This document shows, one piece after another, positions 1-4,648 of a stretch of DNA of 5,681 nt. This DNA is from a virus: IMG/VR virus record IMGVR_UViG_3300045988_002123, positions 1-5,681 of that record; one strand, given 5' to 3'. Every line of letters starts with the position of its first letter. The first letter of the stretch is position 1. The notes under the pieces were generated by a model. That model made no database searches. It worked only from the letters and a program-made list of their open reading frames with translations, and was not told the origin of the DNA. The translations under genes were made by a program, and so were the position numbers.

Positions 1-55
1 AATTGCACAACGTGAGGACTGGACAACAAGAATTGAAATGGAAGCAAGAGGATAT
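1..55. repeat. Terminal redundancy, copy 1 (identical to 5627-5681): circular-contig overlap, not a biological repeat
   Basis: Read directly: aattgcacaacgtgaggactggacaacaagaattgaaatggaagcaagaggatat occurs at 1-55 and again at 5627-5681 with 55/55 identity. Confidence 0.97.
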
Positions 56-844
56 CCAAAAGATCAAGTATGGTTTGTTACACTAACATACGATGATGAC
101 CACGTACCGGGCATGATAGTAAAAACGGGTGAAATCCTCAGAAAAGTACAATACACATGGAAACCGGGCACAGAGCGTCCAGAGAGCGTGCAAATCTTAC
201 TCTATACAGATATCCAAAAATTTATAAAAAGGCTCAGAAAGGCCACAGGAGACGGGCTAAGATACTTTTGTGCGGGTGAATACGGAGAAAAAACAGCAAG
301 ACCACACTACCACATGATTTTGTACGGTTGGAAACCAACAGACCTTGAACCAATCTACAAAAAAAGATGTAACGGTTACTTTACAAGTAAAACAATGGCA
401 GACCTATGGGGAATGGGTCAAATTCAGATAGCACAAGCAGTGCCAGAAACCTATAGATATGTTGCAGGGTATGTTACAAAAAAAATGTATGAAATTGACG
501 GGAAAAAAGCGAATTCTTATTATGATCTAGGCCAACCGAAACCATTTGCAAAAATGTCACTCAAACCGGGCATCGGAGATCAGTGGTACAAAGAGCACAA
601 AGAAGAAATCTGGAAACAAGGCTATATTCAATGCGCAAACGGAAAAAGAGCAAGAATACCACGATTTTACGAAAAGCAAATGGAAGCAGAAGACCCAATG
701 AGACTGTGGCAGATTAAAAAAGAAAGACAAGCAAAGATCATAGCAGCCAACCGCTACACATACCAAAACAAAGACTATGCAGAAGATTTAAAAACAAAAG
801 AAAGAATAACCAAAAAGAAAATGCACGCATCCGGAAAGCTGTAA
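2..844 (+). CDS. VP4: Replication initiator protein VP4 (HUH rolling-circle endonuclease), C-terminal 280 codons; the 5' part lies at 5448-5626 across the circular junction
   Basis: The frame is open from base 2 (IAQREDWTTRIE precedes the ATG at 38). HUH motif 1 is FVTLTYDD (74-97). Motif 2 is PHYHMILYG (HYH at 305-313). Motif 3 has two catalytic-type tyrosines, YVAGYVTKK (458-484), close to phiX174 gpA YVAKYVNKK as I recall it. The stop is TAA at 842-844. The ATG at 38 used by the ORF track is an internal Met (residue 73 of a 340-aa protein). Confidence 0.93.
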   Translation: MAQREDWTTRIEMEARGYPKDQVWFVTLTYDDDHVPGMIVKTGEILRKVQYTWKPGTERPESVQILLYTDIQKFIKRLRKATGDGLRYFCAGEYGEKTARPHYHMILYGWKPTDLEPIYKKRCNGYFTSKTMADLWGMGQIQIAQAVPETYRYVAGYVTKKMYEIDGKKANSYYDLGQPKPFAKMSLKPGIGDQWYKEHKEEIWKQGYIQCANGKRARIPRFYEKQMEAEDPMRLWQIKKERQAKIIAANRYTYQNKDYAEDLKTKERITKKKMHASGKL

Positions 845-855
845 GCGGTGTCACC

Positions 856-900
856 TAGCCAAGTACCTATCAAGTAAGGTACTTGGCTATATTATTTTAT
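856..900 (+). terminator. Perfect 13-bp stem / 8-nt loop hairpin followed by a T-rich tail: candidate rho-independent terminator of the Rep-distal end of the transcription unit (alternatively origin-related)
   Basis: tagccaagtacct (856-868) pairs perfectly with aggtacttggcta (877-889). The loop is atcaagta. The tail tattattttat (890-900) follows. The hairpin starts 12 nt after the Rep stop. Confidence 0.6.
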
Positions 901-902
901 CA

Positions 903-945
903 GCACGCGCACGCACGCGCGTAGACGCACGCGCACGCACGTGTA
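903..945. repeat. Twin alternating purine-pyrimidine (CG/CA)n tracts: Z-DNA-prone, CpG-dense, containing a 15-nt direct repeat
   Basis: Positions 903-923 and 925-945 are each 21 nt of strict R-Y alternation, separated by one out-of-phase base (g924). gcacgcgcacgcacg occurs at 903-917 and 927-941 (15/15). There are 11 CpG in 43 nt. AT-rich DNA flanks both sides (890-900 and 945-960). Confidence 0.85.
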
Positions 946-986
946 ATTATTATTATTTATTTGTTGTAGCCGTAGTAGTAGAGTAC

Positions 987-1150
987 GTGGAAAAGTTGAA
1001 AACAGATAATTTTGAACGTTAGAACGTTAGAAAACAGCAAAAACAAATGTTGAGAGATTTGTTGAAAAAATGTTGAAACGTTGAATCACTCTGTTATGCT
1101 AAAGTTTAACAATGTGGAAATGTTGAAAACTCTGTGGAAAATGTTGAAAG
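987..1150. repeat. Iteron-like array: GTTGAAA-family heptamers, three composite GTGGAAA(A)(T)GTTGAAA units, tandem GAACGTTA x2, three AACGTT palindromes
   Basis: GTTGAAA occurs at 995, 1061, 1072, 1122 and 1143. Variants are GTTGAGA at 1049 and GTTGAAT at 1080. Composite units lie at 987-1001, 1114-1128 and 1134-1149. gaacgtta is tandem at 1014-1021 and 1022-1029. AACGTT occurs at 1015, 1023 and 1077. tgtggaaaa (1133-1141) is the reverse complement of TTTTCCACA and fits the relaxed DnaA box TTWTNCACA. tgtggaaat (1113-1121) is one mismatch off. Confidence 0.8.
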
Positions 1151-1329
1151 AACGGCAAATAGAGCAGGGCAAGCGGTGGCAGCAAAGCCTGACGGAGCGC
1201 GCCAATATTTGAAGAAGTGCGCCTGCGGGCGGGAGTTTAATGGCGCTCCTACTCTAGGAAAACTTTTCTAAAAAAATTAGAAAAAAACCTTGTCGAAGAA
1301 ATAGAGATATATTTCACCGAAAAGGAGAA

Positions 1330-1358
1330 TTGACAATCAGGAGTCCTTATAATATAAT
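1330..1358 (+). promoter_or_regulatory. Consensus sigma70-type promoter: TTGACA - 17 nt - TATAAT
   Basis: TTGACA is at 1330-1335 and TATAAT at 1353-1358, with an exact 17-nt spacer. It lies just upstream of the first gene of the co-oriented block (SD AAGGAG 1365-1370, ATG 1380). Caveat: the predicted start site near 1364-1367 would put the SD at the extreme 5' end of the mRNA. Confidence 0.6.
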
Positions 1359-1379
1359 AAAGAAAAGGAGCGACAGAAC

Positions 1380-1772
1380 ATGGAAATTAAAGCATATGTA
1401 GTAGAAACAGAAGGAAACAAAAACATTGCAGACCACTTCAAAGTAAAAGAATTTGCATGCAAAGACGGGACGCCAATTGTATTCGTTGACGAATATTTAG
1501 CAGTCATTCTAGAAATCGCAAGAAAAACAATCAAAAAACCAATCATAATCACAAGCGGATACCGCACAGTAAGCCACAACGCGAAAGTGAACGGAGCAAA
1601 ATACAGTTACCATACAAGAGGTATGGCAGCGGACATAAAAGCAGACGGCATAAAGCCGAAAGAACTTGCAAAAGTACTAGACAAAATAGCACCAAACAGC
1701 TGTGGTATCATCGTATACAACAATTGGGTGCATTTTGATACACGAAACACAAAATACAGAAAGGGGGTGTAA
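1380..1772 (+). CDS. Zinc D-Ala-D-Ala carboxypeptidase-like peptidase, family M15 (Peptidase_M15_3 / VanY-like fold): putative endolysin
   Basis: The 130-aa product carries the family signature SGYRTVSHNAKVNGAKYSYHTRGMAADI ... WVHFDTR. The inferred Zn ligands are H78 (1611-1613), D85 (1632-1634) and H118 (1731-1733), an H-x6-D...H arrangement. HFKVKEFACKDG is typical of the N-terminal part of the family. SD AAGGAG lies 9 nt upstream of the ATG. Confidence 0.85.
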   Translation: MEIKAYVVETEGNKNIADHFKVKEFACKDGTPIVFVDEYLAVILEIARKTIKKPIIITSGYRTVSHNAKVNGAKYSYHTRGMAADIKADGIKPKELAKVLDKIAPNSCGIIVYNNWVHFDTRNTKYRKGV

Positions 1773-1774
1773 AA

Positions 1775-1897
1775 ATGGCACTGATTTCCATTAAAGACGT
1801 GAAGCATGCAATCGAGATTATGATGCAGATTCTTGAAAAGTTGGACGAGATTTATCACGCACTGCACGACAACGACATGAACTCAAAGGAGAAGTAA
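1775..1897 (+). CDS. Hypothetical 40-aa protein (not in the supplied ORF track)
   Basis: The ATG at 1775 lies 2 nt after the peptidase stop, with SD AAGGGGG (1761-1767) 7 nt upstream. The translation is MALISIKDVKHAIEIMMQILEKLDEIYHALHDNDMNSKEK, with TAA at 1895-1897. The next gene starts 1 nt later. The packing and the SD support expression. I recognise no homology. Confidence 0.5.
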   Translation: MALISIKDVKHAIEIMMQILEKLDEIYHALHDNDMNSKEK

Positions 1898-1898
1898 A

Positions 1899-2126
1899 AT
1901 GTTAAATCTGAAAACATGGAACGCACGAGATCAGCCCAGAGAAGAACTTAACAACCTACTGACAAAAAAATACAAAGAGATCGAAGGAGCATACAAAATG
2001 CTTAGAAAGGTCTCAGATATTAACGACGCGAAAAAAATCATAGATGAAATATGGATGATGAAAAGCTTTGCAAACAGCATTGAAATGGAACTTTTAAGGA
2101 GAGACTACAATGGCGCATCGGAGTAG
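1899..2126 (+). CDS. Hypothetical 75-aa protein, predicted helical, no recognisable family
   Basis: SD AAGGAG (1886-1891) lies 7 nt upstream of the ATG at 1899. The ORF is co-oriented and tightly packed, and it overlaps the next gene by 17 nt. Its codon and composition style matches its neighbours. Confidence 0.6.
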   Translation: MLNLKTWNARDQPREELNNLLTKKYKEIEGAYKMLRKVSDINDAKKIIDEIWMMKSFANSIEMELLRRDYNGASE

Positions 2127-2229
2127 AACCACGAAAAGTAAGGACGGAAAGGTATTCAACCAGACCGCAAACAAAACGAAAAGAATCAACGTTCAGGGCA
2201 AACCAATGAGAGGGGGTACGCGGCTGTGA
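2110..2229 (+). CDS. Small basic DNA-binding/packaging peptide (gokushovirus ORF8/VP8-like, functional analogue of phiX174 protein J); not in the supplied ORF track
   Basis: The translation is MAHRSRTTKSKDGKVFNQTANKTKRINVQGKPMRGGTRL (39 aa, strongly basic). The C-terminal K-P-M-R-G-G-x-R-L matches the conserved ending of small basic proteins of gokushoviruses as I recall them. SD AAGGAG (2096-2101) lies 8 nt upstream. The stop TGA at 2227-2229 overlaps the next start. Confidence 0.75.
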   Translation: MAHRSRTTKSKDGKVFNQTANKTKRINVQGKPMRGGTRL

Positions 2230-2468
2230 TTCATAACTATTACACGATCAGAGACAAAGTTGCAAAAAAATTTGTACACGTCTGCGAGAGCGAAAACGAC
2301 CAGACCATGGAACGAATGTGCAAAATCCTTGAGAAGGATGAAAAATCATTCATTGGACAAAGCGCAGGAGACTATGTTGCATATCTGTGTGCGAAGTTCA
2401 ACGACGAAAACGGCGAATTTCAGAAAGTAGAACTTACCAAAGTATGGGAAGGTAAAACCAATGAGTAA
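2226..2468 (+). CDS. Conserved small microvirus non-structural protein (VP5-like), GTG start
   Basis: The 80-aa product MIHNYYTIRDKVAKKF...ENDQTMERMCKIL...GDYVAYLCAKFNDENGEF follows a pattern I associate with the about 80-90 aa gokushovirus small protein: N-terminal Y-x-I-x-D-x-(K)-A, a mid A/M-x-R-x-F/C segment, then (E/G)DY-x-L-x-x-(L/A)-G/K-x-F-D/N-D-x-x-G-E. The GTG at 2226 overlaps the upstream TGA (GTGA). SD AGGGGG is at 2211-2216. Confidence 0.65.
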   Translation: MIHNYYTIRDKVAKKFVHVCESENDQTMERMCKILEKDEKSFIGQSAGDYVAYLCAKFNDENGEFQKVELTKVWEGKTNE

Positions 2469-2877
2469 AGTATACAGCAGATACAACCTGCCACCGAAAG
2501 AAGCAAGCACAGCAGGAGAACGAACACGAGACACATACAAGTGGACAATGAACGAAAAAGGAGAAAAAAAACTAATTCACGATGTAGACATAGACCGACA
2601 AGCAGAAATTCAGTCATATGCCGAAGAATGTGACATTAAAAACATCGTCGCACGAGCAGCATTTGATCCGAATTTTGCACAAGCACTAGCAAGTGGAGCA
2701 ATGGACGGAAGCAACGCAGATATCACAGACTATCCGGAAAACATCCACGAACTTAAAAAGATGGCAGAAAAAGCAGGCAAAACCATTGAAGAAATCACGG
2801 AAGAGCTGAATAAACCGAAGCAGCCGGAACAGCCGGAACAGAAGAAAGAAGAGGTGAAGCAGAATGAACCGGAATAA
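2461..2877 (+). CDS. VP3: Internal scaffolding protein VP3
   Basis: The 138-aa acidic protein sits immediately upstream of VP1 and overlaps it. YAEECDIKNIVARAAF resembles the conserved (E/D)ECDINxIV core of gokushovirus VP3. The ATG overlaps the previous stop (ATGAGTAA). SD GGAAGG is at 2447-2452. Confidence 0.75.
   Translation: MSKVYSRYNLPPKEASTAGERTRDTYKWTMNEKGEKKLIHDVDIDRQAEIQSYAEECDIKNIVARAAFDPNFAQALASGAMDGSNADITDYPENIHELKKMAEKAGKTIEEITEELNKPKQPEQPEQKKEEVKQNEPE
2821..2838 (+). repeat. Tandem 9-nt repeat cagccggaa x2 (+cag) encoding QPEQPEQ in the VP3 C-terminal tail
   Basis: Read directly: cagccggaa at 2821-2829 and 2830-2838. Confidence 0.9.
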
Positions 2878-4609
2878 CGAAGCGCATTTTAACAGGATTC
2901 CACAGACACACATCAGCCGATCAAGATTCAAGCGAGATCAGAATGTGAAATTCACGTTTGACGCTGGCAAGTTGATTCCATTTTATGTGGATGAAGTGCT
3001 GCCGGGTGACACTTTCAGTGTAGACACGGCAGGCCTTGTGCGTATGACCACACCGATCTTCCCGGTGATGGACAATGCGTACCTAGACGTATATTACTTC
3101 TTTGTACCAAACCGCATTGTGTGGGAACACTGGAAAGAGTTCATGGGTGAAAACACAACCGGAGCATGGGAACAAAAAACAGAATACAGCGTACCGCAAC
3201 AGTATCTAGCAGGATATACCATGAAAAGTGGAACTGAAATAGAAGCGTCACCAATCGGAACAGTACCAGAAGAAGGAACCATACTTGACTATATGGGCAT
3301 CCCAACCAAATGCAACCGAGTAGCCGCAATTACACCTGAGCAAGCAGAAAAAGACATCAGTGTAAACGCACTACCAATCAGAGGATACGTAAAGATCTGG
3401 AACGAATGGTTCAGAGACCAAAACCTAACGGACCCAGTAAAAGAATTAAAAGACGATAAACCAGCGGTATATGTAAGGCTGGACGAAAGCCACGAATGGA
3501 CAGACACACAGCTAAACTTAAACGCAGCAACGGGCGGAAAGCCGCTGCCTGTCGCAAAATATCACGACTACTTTACAAGTGCACTGCCGACACCACAAAA
3601 GGGGCCAAGCGTAGCTATCGGAATCACCGGAGATGCAAGAGTACAATGGGCATTTACAGTAGAAGAGCTGCAGAGCTATGGAATCATGACCAGCAACGGC
3701 GAATCGCACCTTGTACCGGCAAACGGAAACACTTTAGGAGCGCCGACAAGGGCCGACACAAACGGATACCCGCGCGTGTTACTGGGAAAAGATTCAGGCG
3801 GCACGAGTACATGGGTACCGATGCAGGCACGTCTTGACAATGTAGAAGCAGCGACAGTAAACCAACTGCGAGAAGCGTTTGCAGTGCAGCACTACTACGA
3901 AGCACTCGCAAGAGGCGGCAGCAGATACCGCGAAATTATTCGCAGTGTCTTTGGCACGACCATCTCAGACAAAACGGTACAAATCCCGGAATATCTGGGG
4001 GGCGGTCGCTATCCTATCAACATGTCTCAGGTCGTACAGACGAGCAGCACAACGGCAGACAGTCCGCAGGGCAACACGGCTGCGATCAGTGTAACACCGT
4101 TCAGTGAAAGCAGCTTTACAAAATCCTTCGAAGAACACGGTTTTATCATCGGTGTATGCTGTGTGAGACACGATCACACATACCAGCAGGGTATCGAAAG
4201 AATGTGGAGCAGACAGGACGCACTAGATTACTATTATCCGCAGTTTGCAAACCTGGGCGAGCAGGCCGTAAAAGTCAAAGAAATCTACACGGGAAAAGAA
4301 CTCACAAAAGAAAACACAGAAGAGGTATTTGGCTATCAAGAAGCATGGAGCGAATACAGAATGAAACCTAACCGTGTGGCGGGCAAATTCCGGTCAAACG
4401 CAACAGGCACATTAGACACATGGCACTATGCTGACAACTACGACAAAAGGCCGTATCTGTCAGACGAATGGATTAAGGAAGGGAAGCAAGAAATTCAGCG
4501 TACTCTTGCAGTACAGGACGAACCGCAATTTATTGCAGATTTCCTGATTCAAAACAATACAACCAGACCGATGCCGCTTTACAGCGTGCCAGGTCTCGAA
4601 AAACTGTAA
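2864..4609 (+). CDS. VP1: Major capsid protein VP1 (Microviridae F-type jelly-roll capsid)
   Basis: The 581-aa product has the characteristic gokushovirus VP1 opening HFNRIPQTHISRSRFKRDQNVKFTFDAGKLIPFYVDEVLPGDTF. Size and position are typical. SD GAGGTGA (2851-2857) lies 6 nt upstream. The gene overlaps the VP3 end by 14 nt. Confidence 0.95.
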   Translation: MNRNNEAHFNRIPQTHISRSRFKRDQNVKFTFDAGKLIPFYVDEVLPGDTFSVDTAGLVRMTTPIFPVMDNAYLDVYYFFVPNRIVWEHWKEFMGENTTGAWEQKTEYSVPQQYLAGYTMKSGTEIEASPIGTVPEEGTILDYMGIPTKCNRVAAITPEQAEKDISVNALPIRGYVKIWNEWFRDQNLTDPVKELKDDKPAVYVRLDESHEWTDTQLNLNAATGGKPLPVAKYHDYFTSALPTPQKGPSVAIGITGDARVQWAFTVEELQSYGIMTSNGESHLVPANGNTLGAPTRADTNGYPRVLLGKDSGGTSTWVPMQARLDNVEAATVNQLREAFAVQHYYEALARGGSRYREIIRSVFGTTISDKTVQIPEYLGGGRYPINMSQVVQTSSTTADSPQGNTAAISVTPFSESSFTKSFEEHGFIIGVCCVRHDHTYQQGIERMWSRQDALDYYYPQFANLGEQAVKVKEIYTGKELTKENTEEVFGYQEAWSEYRMKPNRVAGKFRSNATGTLDTWHYADNYDKRPYLSDEWIKEGKQEIQRTLAVQDEPQFIADFLIQNNTTRPMPLYSVPGLEKL

Positions 4610-4620
4610 AGAAAGGAGAG

Positions 4621-4645
4621 GCCCGGAGAAATCCGGGCAATTTTT
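4621..4645 (+). terminator. Intergenic stem-loop with GAAA tetraloop and T5 run between VP1 and VP2: candidate partial terminator/attenuator and translational spacer element
   Basis: gcccgga (4621-4627) pairs with tccgggc (4632-4638). The loop is gaaa. It is followed by aattttt (T run 4641-4645). It lies 12 nt after the VP1 stop and 11 nt before the VP2 ATG. Confidence 0.6.
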
Positions 4646-4648
4646 AAA

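Noticed and set aside
38-844. ATG at 38 as the Rep start (268-aa product, as in the ORF track)
   Set aside because: The frame is open back to base 2 and continues in frame across the circular junction to an SD-preceded ATG at 5448. The N-terminal 72 residues contain the conserved cysteine cluster of VP4 proteins. The ATG at 38 has no SD.
1077-1104. dif-like XerC/D site, since gokushovirus prophages can integrate at dif. ttatgctaaag (1094-1104) resembles the XerD arm TTATGTTAAAT.
   Set aside because: The left (XerC) arm is missing. There is no inverted CATAA/..ATAA element at the required 6-8 nt distance (the sequence there is aacgttgaatc actctg). A second AT-rich candidate at 1344-1368 is better explained as the -10 region of the promoter. 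Half-site similarity in AT-rich DNA is expected by chance.
987-1150. Whether the repeat array is a CRISPR array
   Set aside because: The repeat units are 7-17 nt, imperfect and irregularly spaced (8-66 nt), with no uniform spacers. CRISPR repeats are about 24-40 nt with regular spacing. The window also contains no cas genes.
1096-1212. 38-codon ORF (MLKFNNVEMLKTLWKMLKERQIEQGKRWQQSLTERANI) running through the repeat array of the intergenic region
   Set aside because: It has no SD upstream, while eight of the nine accepted genes have one at normal spacing and VP2 has one 30 nt upstream. The composite repeats are conserved at nucleotide level but read differently: GTGGAAA is V-E in one copy and (L)W-K in the next, because the copies differ by a 1-nt indel. 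This points to a DNA-level rather than a protein-level function.
1348-1353. First TATAAT hexamer as the -10 element, and the many TTGAAA motifs in the iteron array as -35 elements of additional promoters
   Set aside because: The TATAAT at 1348 is only 12 nt from the TTGACA, whereas the overlapping TATAAT at 1353 gives the optimal 17 nt. For each TTGAAA/TTGAAT in 996-1149 I checked the sequence 16-18 nt downstream and found no acceptable -10 hexamer.
3496-4371. Three + strand alternative-frame ORFs inside VP1 (3496-3837, 3879-4094, 4156-4371) with very basic R/K-rich products. They are tempting as phiX174-style embedded genes (E, K, B).
   Set aside because: The coding strand is T-poor in this stretch, so stop codons, which all start with T, are rare in every frame. 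I found no SD-like sequence upstream of 3496, the only one I checked closely. The products are R/K/A/T-rich runs typical of frame-shifted A/G-rich sequence. A lysis function is already plausibly covered by the M15 peptidase. This could be revisited by testing for suppressed synonymous variation in VP1 across relatives.
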